From Auanema rhodensis (taxonomy: Eukaryota > Animalia > Nematoda): a stretch of 64,000 bases of DNA. A model generated the notes under the pieces. It ran no database searches. It saw nothing but the letters and a program-made list of their open reading frames with translations, and was not told the DNA's origin. Made by a program: the position numbers and the translations under genes. The stretch lies in NCBI GenBank assembly GCA_964057225.1, contig OZ059899.1, positions 19,654,001-19,718,000 of the forward strand, given 5' to 3'. Below, piece by piece: positions 11,001 to 25,700 of this stretch (the first letter of the stretch is position 1; every line of letters begins with the position of its first letter).

Positions 11001-13975
11001 AGGGTGAAAATCGAGGATATAAGTGTGAACTTATATCAGTTGATATCTCGGTGCATTTTTAAGCTAGCGCAAATCTGATAACACAGATCGACGCAGCTTA
11101 AAAATCCGCATCGAATGCACTATACTGCATTGAGAAACGCTTAATACAAAAGTTAGTTATGATCGTTTGAAAAATGATGCATTAGTGTATGTTGAGTTTC
11201 CATGTACACTCAACATTGCTTCCAAAAACATTTTGACAAAAATTTTTCCGAAAAATTTTGAAATAATTTCGCAAAAAGTAGATGTTTTTAGATTCCTTTT
11301 TTCAAGGCAAAGACGATGGACATTGTTATTCAACGAAAAAATTGATTCTGCAGAGTGAAAATCGAGGATATAAGTGTGAACTTATATCAGTTGATATCTC
11401 GGTGCATTTTTAAGCTAGCGCAAATCTGATAACACAGATCGACGCAGCTTGAAAATCCGCATCGAATGCACTATACAACATTGAGAAACGCTTAATACAA
11501 AAATTAGTTATGATCGTTTGAAAAATGATGCATTAGTGTATGTTGAGTTTCCATGTACACTCAACATTGCTTCCAAAAACATTTTGACAAAAATTTTTCC
11601 GAAAAATTTCAAAATAATTTCGCGAAAAGTAGATGTTTTTAGATTCCTTTTTTCAAGGCAAAGACGATGGACAATGTTATTCAACGAAAAAATTATTTCT
11701 GCAGGGTGAAAATCGAGGATATAAGTGTGAACTTATATCAGTTGAAATCTCGGTGCATTTTTAAGCTAGCGCAAATCTGATAATACAGATCGACGCAGCT
11801 TAAAAATCCGCATCGAATGCACTATACTGCATTGAGAAACGTTTAATACAAAAGTTAGTTATGATCGTTTGAAAAATGATGCATTAGTGTATGTTGAGTT
11901 TCCATGTACACTCAACATTGCTTCCAAAAACATTTTGACAAAAATTTTTCCGAAAAATTTCGAGAAAATTTCGCGAAAAGTAGATGTTTTTAGATTCCTT
12001 TTTCCAAGGCAAAGACGATGGACAATGTTATTCAACGAAAAAATTAATTCTCCAGGGTGAAAATCGAGGATATAAGTGTGAACTTATATCAGTTGATATC
12101 TCGGTGCATTTTTAAGCTAGCGCAAATCTGATAACACAGATCGACGCAGCTTAAAAATCCGCATCGAATGCACTATACAACATTGAGAAACGCTTAATAC
12201 AAAAATTAGTTATGATCGTTTGAAAAATGATGCATTAGTGTATGTTGAGTTTCCATGTACACTCAACATTGCTTCCAAAAACATTTTGACAAAAATTTTT
12301 CCGAAAAATTTCGAGAAAATTTCGCGAAAAGTAGATGTTTTTAGATTCCTTTCTTCCAAGGCAAAGACGATGGACAATGTTATTCAACGAAAAAATTAAT
12401 TCTCCAGGGTGAAAATCGAGGATATAAGTGTGAACTTATATCAGTTGATATCTCGGTGCATTTTTAAGCTAGCGCAAATCTGATAACACAGATCGATGCA
12501 GCTTAAAAATCCGCATCGAATGCACTATACAACATTGAGAAACGCTTGATACAAAAATTAGTTATGATCGTTTGAAAAATGATGCATTAGTGTATGTTGA
12601 GTTTCCATGTACACTCAACATTGCTTCCAAAAACATTTTGACAAAAATTTTTCCGAAAAATTTCGAAAAAATTTCGCGAAAAGTAGATGTTTTTAGATTC
12701 CTTTTTTCAAGGCAAAGACGGTGGACAATGTTATTCAACGAAAAAATTATTTCTGCAGGGTGAAAATCGAGGATATAAGTATGAACTTATATCAGTTGAT
12801 ATCTCGGTGCATTTTTAAGCTAGCGCAAATCTGATAACACAGATCGACGCAGCTTGAAAATCCGCATCAAATGCACTATACAACATTGAGAAACGCTTAA
12901 TACAAAAATTAGTTATGATCGTTTGAAAAATGATGCATTAGTGTATGTTGAGTTTCCATGTACACTCAACATTGCTTCCAAAAACATTTTGACAAAAATT
13001 TTTCCGAAAAATTTCGAAAAAATTTCGCAAAAAGTAGATGTTTTTAGATTCCTTTTTTCAAGGCAAAGACGATGGACAATGTTATTCAACGAAAAAATTA
13101 TTTCTGCAGGGTGAAAATCGAGGATATAAGTGTGAACTTATATCAGTTGATATCTCGGTGCATTTTTAAGCTAGCGCAAATCTGATAACACAGATCGACG
13201 CAGCTTAAAAATCCGCATCGAATGCACTATACTGCATTGAGAAACGCTTAATACAAAAGTTAGTTATGATCGTTTGAAAAATGATGCATTAGTGTATGTT
13301 GAGTTTCCATGTACACTCAACATTGCTTCCAAAAACATTTTGACAAAAATTTTTCCGAAAAATTTTGAAATAATTTCGCAAAAAGTAGATGTTTTTAGAT
13401 TCCTTTTTTCAAGGCAAAGACGATGGACATTGTTATTCAACGAAAAAATTGATTCTGCAGAGTGAAAATCGAGGATATAAGTGTGAACTTATATCAGTTG
13501 ATATCTCGGTGCATTTTTAAGCTAGCGCAAATCTGATAACACAGATCGACGCAGCTTGAAAATCCGCATCGAATGCACTATACAACATTGAGAAACGCTT
13601 AATACAAAAATTAGTTATGATCGTTTGAAAAATGATGCATTAGTGTATGTTGAGTTTCCATGTACACTCAACATTGCTTCCAAAAACATTTTGACAAAAA
13701 TTTTTCCGAAAAATTTCAAAATAATTTCGCGAAAAGTAGATGTTTTTAGATTCCTTTTTTCAAGGCAAAGACGATGGACAATGTTATTCAACGAAAAAAT
13801 TATTTCTGCAGGGTGAAAATCGAGGATATAAGTGTGAACTTATATCAGTTGAAATCTCGGTGCATTTTTAAGCTAGCGCAAATCTGATAATACAGATCGA
13901 CGCAGCTTAAAAATCCGCATCGAATGCACTATACTGCATTGAGAAACGCTTAATACAAAAGTTAGTTATGATCGT
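8006..13975. repeat. 6-monomer higher-order repeat, period 2107 bp, ~2.8 copies
   Basis: +C insertion at 8139, 10246, 12353. The GGACATTG/ATTGATTCTGCAGAG monomer occurs at 9060, 11167, 13274 and the GTTGAAATC monomer at 9411, 11518, 13625. Confidence 0.9.
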
Positions 13976-16432
13976 TTGAAAAATGATGCATTAGTGTATG
14001 TTGAGTATCCATGTACACTCAACATTGCTTCCAAAAACATTTTGACAAAAATTTTTCCGAAAAATTTTAAAATAATTTCGCAAAAAGTAGATGTTTTTAG
14101 ATTCCTTTTTTCAAGGCAAAGACGATGGTTAATGTTATTCAACGAAAAAATTATTTCTGCAGGGTGAAAATCGAGGATATAAGTGTGAACTTATATCAGT
14201 TGATATCTCGGTGCATTTTTAAGCTAGCGCAAATCTGATAACACAGATCGACGCAGCTTAAAAATCCGCATCGAATGCACTATACTATATTGAGAAACGC
14301 TCAATACAAAAGTTAGTTATGATCGTTTAAAAAATGATGCATTAGTGTATGTTGAGTTTCCATGTACACTCAACATTGCTTCCAAAAACATTTTGACAAA
14401 AATTTTTCCGAAAAATTTTGAAATAATTTCGCAAAAAGTAGATGTTTTTAGATTCCTTTTTTCAAGGCAAAGACGATGGACATTGTTATTCAACGAAAAA
14501 ATTGATTCTGCAGAGTGAAAATCGAGGATATAAGTGTGAACTTATATCAGTTGATATCTCGGTGCATTTTTAAGCTAGCGCAAATCTGATAACACAGATC
14601 GACGCAGCTTGAAAATCCGCATCGAATGCACTATACAACATTGAGAAACGCTTAATACAAAAATTAGTTATGATCGTTTGAAAAATGATGCATTAGTGTA
14701 TGTTGAGTTTCCATGTACACTCAACATTGCTTCCAAAAACATTTTGACAAAAATGTTTCCGAAAAATTTTAAAATAATTTCGCAAAAAGTAGATGTTTTT
14801 AGATTCCTTTTTTCAAGGCAAAGACGATGGACAATGTTATTCAACGAAAAAATTATTTCTGCAGGGTGAAAATCGAGGATATAAGTGTGAACTTATATCA
14901 GTTGATATCTCGGTGCATTTTTAAGCTAGCGCAAATCTGATAACACAGATCGACGCAGCTTAAAAATCCGCATCGAATGCACTATACTATATTGAGAAAC
15001 GCTCAATACAAAAGTTAGTTATGATCGTTTAAAAAATGATGCATTAGTGTATGTTGAGTTTCCATGTACACTCAACATTGCTTCCAAAAACATTTTGACA
15101 AAAATTTTTCCGAAAAATTTTAAAATAATTTCGCAAAAAGTAGATGTTTTTAGATTCCTTTTTTCAAGGCAAAGACGATGGACAATGTTATTCAACGAAA
15201 AAATTATTTCTGCAGGGTGAAAATCGAGGATATAAGTGTGAACTTATATCAGTTGAAATCTCGGTGCATTTTCAAGCTAGCGCAAATCTGATAACACAGA
15301 TCGACGCAGCTTAAAAATCCGCATCGAATGCACTATACAACATTGAGAAACGCTTAATACAAAAATTAGTTATGATCGTTTGAAAAATGATGCATTAGTG
15401 TATGTTGAGTTTCCATGTACACTCAACATTGCTTCCAAAAACATTTTGACAAAAATTTTTCCGAAAAATTTCAAAATAATTTCGCGAAAAGTAGATGTTT
15501 TTAGATTCCTTTTTTCAAGGCAAAGACGATGGACAATGTTATTCAACGAAAAAATTATTTCTGCAGGGTGAAAATCGAGGATATAAGTGTGAACTTATAT
15601 CAGTTGATATCTCGGTGCATTTTTAAGCTAGCGCAAATCTGATAACACAGATCGACGCAGCTTAAAAATCCGCATCGAATGCACTATACAACATTGAGAA
15701 ACGCTTGATACAAAAATTAGTTATGATCGTTTGAAAAATGATGCATTAGTGTATGTTGAGTTTCCATGTACACTCAACATTGCTTCCAAAAACATTTTGA
15801 CAAAAATTTTTCCGAAAAATTTCAAAATAATTTCGCGAAAAGTAGATGTTTTTAGATTCCTTTTTTTAAGGCGAAGACGATGGACAATGTTATTCAACGA
15901 AAAAATTAATTCTCCAGGGTGAAAATCGAGAATATAAGTGTGAACTTATATCAGTTGATATCTCGGTGCATTTTAAAGCTAGCGCAAATCTGATAACACA
16001 GATCGACGCAGCTTAAAAATCCGCATCGAATGCACTATACTGCATTGAGAAACGCTTAATACAAAAGTTAGTTATGATCGTTTGAAAAATGATGCATTAG
16101 TGTATGTTGAGTTTCCATGTACACTCAACATTGCTTCCAAAAACATTTTGACAAAAATTTTTCCGAAAAATTTTAAAATAATTTCGCAAAAAGTAGATGT
16201 TTTTAGATTCCTTTTTTCAAGGCAAAGACGATGGACATTGTTATTCAACGAAAAAATTGATTCTGCAGAGTGAAAATCGAGGATATAAGTGTGAACTTAT
16301 ATCAGTTGATATCTCGGTGCATTTTTAAGCTAGCGCAAATCTGATAACACAGATCGACGCAGCTTAAAAATCCGCATCGAATGCACTATACAACATTGAG
16401 AAACGCTTAATACAAAAATTAGTTATGATCGT

Positions 16433-19400
16433 TTGAAAAATGATGCATTAGTGTATGTTGAGTTTCCATGTACACTCAACATTGCTTCCAAAAACATTTT
16501 GACAAAAATTTTTCCGAAAAATTTCAAAATAATTTCGCGAAAAGTAGATGTTTTTAGATTCCTTTTTTCAAGGCAAAGACGATGGACAATGTTATTCAAC
16601 GAAAAAATTATTTCTGCAGGGTGAAAATCGAGGATATAAGTGTGAACTTATATCAGTTGAAATCTCGGTGCATTTTTAAGCTAGCGCAAATCTGATAATA
16701 CAGATCGACGCAGCTTAAAAATCCGCATCGAATGCACTATACAACATTGAGAAACGCTTAATACAAAAATTAGTTATGATCGTTTGAAAAATGATGCATT
16801 AGTGTATGTTGAGTTTCCATGTACACTCAACATTGCTTCCAAAAACATTTTGACAAAAATTTTTCCGAAAAATTTCAAAATAATTTCGCGAAAAGTAGAT
16901 GTTTTTAGATTCCTTTTTTCAAGGCAAAGACGATGGACAATGTTATTCAACGAAAAAATTATTTCTGCAGGGTGAAAATCGAGGATATAAGTGTGAACTT
17001 ATATCAGTTGAAATCTCGGTGCATTTTTAAGCTAGCGCAAATCTGATAATACAGATCGACGCAGCTTAAAAATCCGCATCGAATGCACTATACTGCATTG
17101 AGAAACGCTTAATACAAAAATAAGTTATGATCGTTTGAAAAATGATGCATTAGTGTATGTTGAGTTTCCATGTACACTCAACATTGCTTCCAAAAACATT
17201 TTGACAAAAATTTTTCCGAAAAATTTTAAAATAATTTCGCAAAAAGTAGATGTTTTTAGATTCCTTTTTTCAAGGCAAAGACGATGGACAATGTTATTCA
17301 ACGAAAAAATTATTTCTGCAGGGTGAAAATCGAGGATATAAGTGTGAACTTATATCAGTTGAAATCTCGGTGCATTTTTAAGCTAGCGCAAATCTGATAA
17401 CACAGATCGACGCAGCTTAAAAATCCGCATCGAATGCACTATACAACATTGAGAAACGCTTAATACAAAAATTAGTTATGATCGTTTGAAAAATGATGCA
17501 TTAGTGTATGTTGAGTTTCCATGTACACTCAACATTGCTTCCAAAAACATTTTGACAAAAATTTTTCCGAAAAATTTCGAGAAAATTTCGCGAAAAGTAG
17601 ATGTTTTTAGATTCCTTTTTCCAAGGCAAAGACGATGGACAATGTTATTCAACGAAAAAATTATTTCTGCAGGGTGAAAATCGAGGATATAAGTGTGAAC
17701 TTATATCAGTTGATATCTCGGTGCATTTTTAAGCTAGCGCAAATCTGATAACACAGATCGACGCAGCTTAAAAATCCGCATCGAATGCACTATACTGCAT
17801 TGAGAAACGCTTAATACAAAAGTTAGTTATGATCGTTTGAAAAATGATGCATTAGTGTATGTTGAGTTTCCATGTACACTCAACATTGCTTCCAAAAACA
17901 TTTTGACAAAAATTTTTCCGAAAAATTTCAAAATAATTTCGCGAAAAGTAGATGTTTTTAGATTCCTTTTTTCAAGGCAAAGACGATGGACAATGTTATT
18001 CAACGAAAAAATTAATTCTCCAGGGTGAAAATCGAGGATATAAGTGTGAACTTATATCAGTTGATATCTCGGTGCATTTTAAAGCTAGCGCAAATCTGAT
18101 AACACAGATCGACGCAGCTTAAAAATCCGCATCGAATGCATTATACTACATTGAGAAACGCTTAATACAAAAATTAGTTATGATCGTTTGAAAAATGATG
18201 CATTAGTGTATGTTGAGTTTCCATGTACACTCAACATTGCTTCCAAAAACATTTTTACAAAAATTTTTCCGAAAAATTTCAAAATAATTTCGCAAAAAGT
18301 AGATGTTTTTAGATTCCTTTTTTCAAGGCAAAGACGATGGACAATGTTATTCAACGAAAAAATTAATTCTGCAGGGTGAAAATCGAGGATATAAGTGTGA
18401 ACTTATATCAGTTGATATCTCGGTGCATTTTTAAGCTAGCGCAAATCTGATAACACAGATCGACGCAGCTTAAAAATCCGCATCGAATGCACTATACAAC
18501 ATTGAGAAACGCTTGATACAAAAATTAGTTATGATCGTTTGAAAAATGATGCATTAGTGTATGTTGAGTTTCCATGTACACTCAACATTGCTTCCAAAAA
18601 CATTTTGACAAAAATTTTTCCGAAAAATTTCAAAATAATTTCGCGAAAAGTAGATGTTTTTAGATTCCTTTTTTCAAGGCAAAGACGATGGACAATGTTA
18701 TTCAACGAAAAAATTATTTCTGCAGGGTGAAAATCGAGGATATAAGTGTGAACTTATATCAGTTGAAATCTCGGTGCATTTTTAAGCTAGCGCAAATCTG
18801 ATAATACAGATCGACGCAGCTTAAAAATCCGCATCGAATGCACTATACAACATTGAGAAACGCTTAATACAAAAATTAGTTATGATCGTTTGAAAAATGA
18901 TGCATTAGTGTATGTTGAGTTTCCATGTACACTCAACATTGCTTCCAAAAACATTTTGACAAAAATTTTTCCGAAAAATTTCAAAATAATTTCGCGAAAA
19001 GTAGATGTTTTTAGACTCCTTTTTTCAAGGCAAAGACGATGGACAATGTTATTCAACGAAAAAATTATTTCTGCAGGGTGAAAATCGAGGATATAAGTGT
19101 GAACTTATATCAGTTGAAATCTCGGTGCATTTTTAAGCTAGCGCAAATCTGATAATACAGATCGACGCAGCTTAAAAATCCGCATCGAATGCACTATACT
19201 GCATTGAGAAACGCTTAATACAAAAATAAGTTATGATCGTTTGAAAAATGATGCATTAGTGTATGTTGAGTTTCCATGTACACTCAACATTGCTTCCAAA
19301 AACATTTTGACAAAAATTTTTCCGAAAAATTTTAAAATAATTTCGCAAAAAGTAGATGTTTTTAGATTCCTTTTTTCAAGGCAAAGACGATGGACAATGT

Positions 19401-20293
19401 TATTCAACGAAAAAATTATTTCTGCAGGGTGAAAATCGAGGATATAAGTGTGAACTTATATCAGTTGAAATCTCGGTGCATTTTTAAGCTAGCGCAAATC
19501 TGATAACACAGATCGACGCAGCTTAAAAATCCGCATCGAATGCACTATACAACATTGAGAAACGCTTAATACAAAAATTAGTTATGATCGTTTGAAAAAT
19601 GATGCATTAGTGTATGTTGAGTTTCCATGTACACTCAACATTGCTTCCAAAAACATTTTGACAAAAATTTTTCCGAAAAATTTCGAGAAAATTTCGCGAA
19701 AAGTAGATGTTTTTAGATTCCTTTTTCCAAGGCAAAGACGATGGACAATGTTATTCAACGAAAAAATTATTTCTGCAGGGTGAAAATCGAGGATATAAGT
19801 GTGAACTTATATCAGTTGATATCTCGGTGCATTTTTAAGCTAGCGCAAATCTGATAACACAGATCGACGCAGCTTAAAAATCCGCATCGAATGCACTATA
19901 CTGCATTGAGAAACGCTTAATACAAAAGTTAGTTATGATCGTTTGAAAAATGATGCATTAGTGTATGTTGAGTTTCCATGTACACTCAACATTGCTTCCA
20001 AAAACATTTTGACAAAAATTTTTCCGAAAAATTTCAAAATAATTTCGCGAAAAGTAGATGTTTTTAGATTCCTTTTTTCAAGGCAAAGACGATGGACAAT
20101 GTTATTCAACGAAAAAATTAATTCTCCAGGGTGAAAATCGAGGATATAAGTGTGAACTTATATCAGTTGATATCTCGGTGCAATTTTAAGCTAGCGCAAA
20201 TCTGATAATACAGATCGACGCAGCTTAAAAATCCGCATCGAATGCACTATACTGCATTGAGAAACGCTTAATACAAAAGTTAGTTATGATCGT
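16433..20293. repeat. Block duplication with 2106-bp (6-monomer) offset
   Basis: Private AAAAATAAGTT variant at 17122 and 19228. The TTCGAGAAA/TTTTTCCAAGG monomer occurs at 17486 and 19592. A run of three GTTGAAATC monomers is present in both copies. Confidence 0.85.
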
Positions 20294-21346
20294 TTGAAAA
20301 ATGATGCATTAGTGTATGTTGAGTTTCCATGTACACTCAACATTGCTTCCAAAAACATTTTGACAAAAATTTTTCCGAAAAATTTCAAAATAATTTCGCA
20401 AAAAGTAGATGTTTTTAGATTCCTTTTTTCAAGGCAAAGACGATGGACAATGTTATTCAACGAAAAAATCAATTCTGCAGGGTGAAAATCGAGGATATAA
20501 GTGTGAACTTATATCAGTTGATATCTCGGTGCATTTTAAAGCTAGCGCAAATCTGATAACACAGATCGACGCAGCTTAAAAATCCGCATCGAATGCATTA
20601 TACTACATTGAGAAACGCTTAATACAAAAATTAGTTATGATCGTTTGAAAAATGATGCATTAGTGTATGTTGAGTTTCCATGTACACTCAACATTGCTTC
20701 CAAAAACATTTTTACAAAAATTTTTCCGAAAAATTTCAAAATAATTTCGCAAAAAGTAGATGTTTTTAGATTCCTTTTTTCAAGGCAAAGACGATGGACA
20801 ATGTTATTCAACGAAAAAATTAATTCTGCAGGGTGAAAATCGAGGATATAAGTGTGAACTTATATCAGTTGATATCTCGGTGCATTTTTAAGCTAGCGCA
20901 AATCTGATAACACAGATCGACGCAGCTTAAAAATCCGCATCGAATGCACTATACAACATTGAGAAACGCTTGATACAAAAATTAGTTATGATCGTTTGAA
21001 AAATGATGCATTAGTGTATGTTGAGTTTCCATGTACACTCAACATTGCTTCCAAAAACATTTTGACAAAAATTTTTCCGAAAAATTTCAAAATAATTTCG
21101 CGAAAAGTAGATGTTTTTAGATTCCTTTTTTCAAGGCAAAGACGATGGACAATGTTATTCAACGAAAAAATTAATTCTCCAGGGTGAAAATCGAGGATAT
21201 AAGTGTGAACTTATATCAGTTGATATCTCGGTGCATTTTTAAGCTAGCGCAAATCTGATAACACAGATCGACGCAGCTTAAAAATCCGCATCGAATGCAC
21301 TATACTGCATTGAGAAACGCTTAATACAAAAGTTAGTTATGATCGT

Positions 21347-22750
21347 TTGAAAAATGATGCATTAGTGTATGTTGAGTTTCCATGTACACTCAACATTGCT
21401 TCCAAAAACATTTTGACAAAAATTTTTCCGAAAAATTTCAAAATAATTTCGCGAAAAGTAGATGTTTTTAGATTCCTTTTTCCAAGGCAAAGACCATAGA
21501 CAATGTTATTCAACGAAAAAATTAATTCTCCAGGGTGAAAATCGAGGATATAAGTGTGAACTTATATCAGTTGATATCTCGGTGCATTTTTAAGCTAGCG
21601 CAAATCTGATAACACAGATCGACGCAGCTTAAAAATCCGCATCGAATGCACTATACTGCATTGAGAAACGCTTAATACAAAAGTTAGTTATGATCGTTTG
21701 AAAAATGATGCATTAGTGTATGTTGAGTTTCCATGTACACTCAACATTGCTTCCAAAAACATTTTGACAAAAATTTTTCCGAAAAATTTCAAAATAATTT
21801 CGCAAAAAGTAGATGTTTTTAGATTCCTTTTTTTAAGGCAAAGACGATGGACAATGTTATTCAACGAAAAAATCAATTCTGCAGGGTGAAAATCGAGGAT
21901 ATAAGTGTGAACTTATATCAGTTGATATCTCGGTGCATTTTTAAGCTAGCGCAAATCTGATAACACAGATCGACGCAGCTTAAAAATCCGCATCGAATGC
22001 ACTATACTGCATTGAGAAACGCTTAATACAAAAGTTAGTTATGATCGTTTGAAAAATGATGCATTAGTGTATGTTGAGTTTCCATGTACACTCAACATTG
22101 CTTCCAAAAACATTTTGACAAAAATTTTTCCGAAAAATTTCAAAATAATTTCGCGAAAAGTAGATGTTTTTAGATTCCTTTTTTCAAGGCAAAGACCATA
22201 GACAATGTTATTCAACGAAAAAATTAATTCTCCAGGGTGAAAATCGAGGATATAAGTGTGAACTTATATCAGTTGATATCTCGGTGCATTTTTAAGCTAG
22301 CGCAAATCTGATAACACAGATCGACGCAGCTTAAAAATCCGCATCGAATGCACTATACTGCATTGAGAAACGCTTAATACAAAAGTTAGTTATGATCGTT
22401 TGAAAAATGATGCATTAGTGTATGTTGAGTTTCCATGTACACTCAACATTGCTTCCAAAAACATTTTGACAAAAATTTTTCCGAAAAATTTCAAAATAAT
22501 TTCGCAAAAAGTAGATGTTTTTAGATTCCTTTTTTTAAGGCAAAGACGATGGACAATGTTATTCAACGAAAAAATCAATTCTGCAGGGTGAAAATCGAGG
22601 ATATAAGTGTGAACTTATATCAGTTGATATCTCGGTGCATTTTTAAGCTAGCGCAAATCTGATAACACAGATCGACGCAGCTTAAAAATCCGCATCGAAT
22701 GCACTATACAACATTGAGAAACGCTTAATACAAAAGTTAGTTATGATCGT
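21347..22750. repeat. 2-monomer higher-order repeat (702 bp x2)
   Basis: Monomers with AGACCATAGAC (21347, 22049) alternate with monomers carrying TTTTTTTAAGG and AAATCAATT (21698, 22400). Confidence 0.88.
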
Positions 22751-25700
22751 TTGAAAAATGATGCATTAGTGTATGTTGAGTTTCCATGTACACTCAACAT
22801 TGCTTCCAAAAACATTTTGACAAAAATGTTTCCGAAAAATTTTGAAATAATTTCGCGAAAAGTAGATGTTTTTAGATTCCTTTTTTCAAGGCAAAGACGA
22901 TGGACAATGTTATTCAACGAAAAAATTAATTCTGCAGGGTGAAAATCGAGGATATAAGTGTGAACTTATATCAGTTGATATCTCGGTGCATTTTAAATCT
23001 AGCGCAAATCTGATAACACAGATCGACGCAGCTTAAAAATCCGCATCGAATGCATTATACTACATTGAGAAACGCTTAATACAAAAATTAGTTATGATCG
23101 TTTGAAAAATGATGCATTAGTGTATGTTGAGTTTCCATGTACACTCAACATTGCTTCCAAAAACATTTTGACAAAAATTTTTCCGAAAAATTTCAAAATA
23201 ATTTCGCGAAAAGTAGATGTTTTTAGATTCCTTTTTTCAAGGCAAAGACGATGGACAATGTTATTCAACGAAAAAATTAATTCTCCAGGGTGAAAATCGA
23301 GGATATAAGTGTGAACTTATATCAGTTGATATCTCGGTGCATTTTTAAGCTAGCGCAAATCTGATAACACAGATCGACGCAGCTTAAAAATCCGCATCGA
23401 ATGCACTATACTGCATTGAGAAACGCTTAATACAAAAGTTAGTTATGATCGTTTGAAAAATGATGCATTAGTGTATGTTGAGTTTCCATGTACACTCAAC
23501 ATTGCTTCCAAAAACATTTTGACAAAAATTTTTCCGAAAAATTTCAAAATAATTTCGCGAAAAGTAGATGTTTTTAGATTCCTTTTTTCAAGGCAAAGAC
23601 GATGGACAATGTTATTCAACGAAAAAATTAATTCTCCAGGGTGAAAATCGAGGATATAAGTGTGAACTTATATCAGTTGATATCTCGGTGCAATTTTAAG
23701 CTAGCGCAAATCTGATAATACAGATCGACGCAGCTTAAAAATCCGCATCGAATGCACTATACTGCATTGAGAAACGCTTAATACAAAAGTTAGTTATGAT
23801 CGTTTGAAAAATGATGCATTAGTGTATGTTGAGTTTCCATGTACACTCAACATTGCTTCCAAAAACATTTTTACAAAAATTTTTCCGAAAAATTTCAAAA
23901 TAATTTCGCAAAAAGTAGATGTTTTTAGATTCCTTTTTTCAAGGCAAAGACGATGGACAATGTTATTCAACGAAAAAATCAATTCTGCAGGGTGAAAATC
24001 GAGGATATAAGTGTGAACTTATATCAGTTGATATCTCGGTGCATTTTTAAGCTAGCGCAAATCTGATAACACAGATCGACGCAGCTTAAAAATCCGCATC
24101 GAATGCACTATACAACATTGAGAAACGCTTGATACAAAAATTAGTTATGATCGTTTGAAAAATGATGCATTAGTGTATGTTGAGTTTCCATGTACACTCA
24201 ACATTGCTTCCAAAAACATTTTGACAAAAATGTTTCCGAAAAATTTTGAAATAATTTCGCGAAAAGTAGATGTTTTTAGATTCCTTTTTTCAAGGCAAAG
24301 ACGATGGACAATGTTATTCAACGAAAAAATTAATTCTGCAGGGTGAAAATCGAGGATATAAGTGTGAACTTATATCAGTTGATATCTCGGTGCATTTTAA
24401 AGCTAGCGCAAATCTGATAACACAGATCGACGCAGCTTAAAAATCCGCATCGAATGCATTATACTACATTGAGAAACGCTTAATACAAAAATTAGTTATG
24501 ATCGTTTGAAAAATGATGCATTAGTGTATGTTGAGTTTCCATGTACACTCAACATTGCTTCCAAAAACATTTTGACAAAAATTTTTCCGAAAAATTTCAA
24601 AATAATTTCGCGAAAAGTAGATGTTTTTAGATTCCTTTTTTCAAGGCAAAGACGATGGACAATGTTATTCAACGAAAAAATTATTTCTGCAGGGTGAAAA
24701 TCGAGGATATAAGTGTGAACTTATATCAGTTGAAATCTCGGTGCATTTTTAAGCTAGCGCAAATCTGATAACACAGATCGACGCAGCTTGAAAATCCGCA
24801 TCGAATGCACTATACAACATTGAGAAACGCTTAATACAAAAATTAGTTATGATCGTTTGAAAAATGATGCATTAGTGTATGTTGAGTTTCCATGTACACT
24901 CAACATTGCTTCCAAAAACATTTTGACAAAAATTTTTCCGAAAAATTTCGAGAAAATTTCGCGAAAAGTAGATGTTTTTAGATTCCTTTTTCCAAGGCAA
25001 AGACGATGGACAATGTTATTCAACGAAAAAATCATTTCTGCAGGGTGAAAATCGAGGATATAAGTGTGAACTTATATCAGTTGATATCTCGGTGCATTTT
25101 TAAGCTAGCGCAAATCTGATAACACAGATCGACGCAGCTTAAAAATCCGCATCGAATGCACTATACAACATTGAGAAACGCTTGATACAAAAATTAGTTA
25201 TGATCGTTTGAAAAATGATGCATTAGTGTATGTTGAGTTTCCATGTACACTCAACATTGCTTCCAAAAACATTTTGACAAAAATTTTTCCGAAAAATTTC
25301 AAAATAATTTCGCGAAAAGTAGATGTTTTTAGATTCCTTTTTTCAAGGCAAAGACGATGGACAATGTTATTCAACGAAAAAATTAATTCTCCAGGGTGAA
25401 AATCGAGGATATAAGTGTGAATTTATATCAGTTGATATCTCGGTGCAATTTTAAGCTAGCGCAAATCTGATAATACAGATCGACGCAGCTTAAAAATCCG
25501 CATCGAATGCACTATACTGCATTGAGAAACGCTTGATACAAAAGTTAGTTATGATCGTTTGAAAAATGATGCATTAGTGTATGTTGAGTTTCCATGTACA
25601 CTCAACATTGCTTCCAAAAACATTTTGACAAAAATTTTTCCGAAAAATTTCAAAATAATTTCGCAAAAAGTAGATGTTTTTAGATTCCTTTTTTCAAGGC

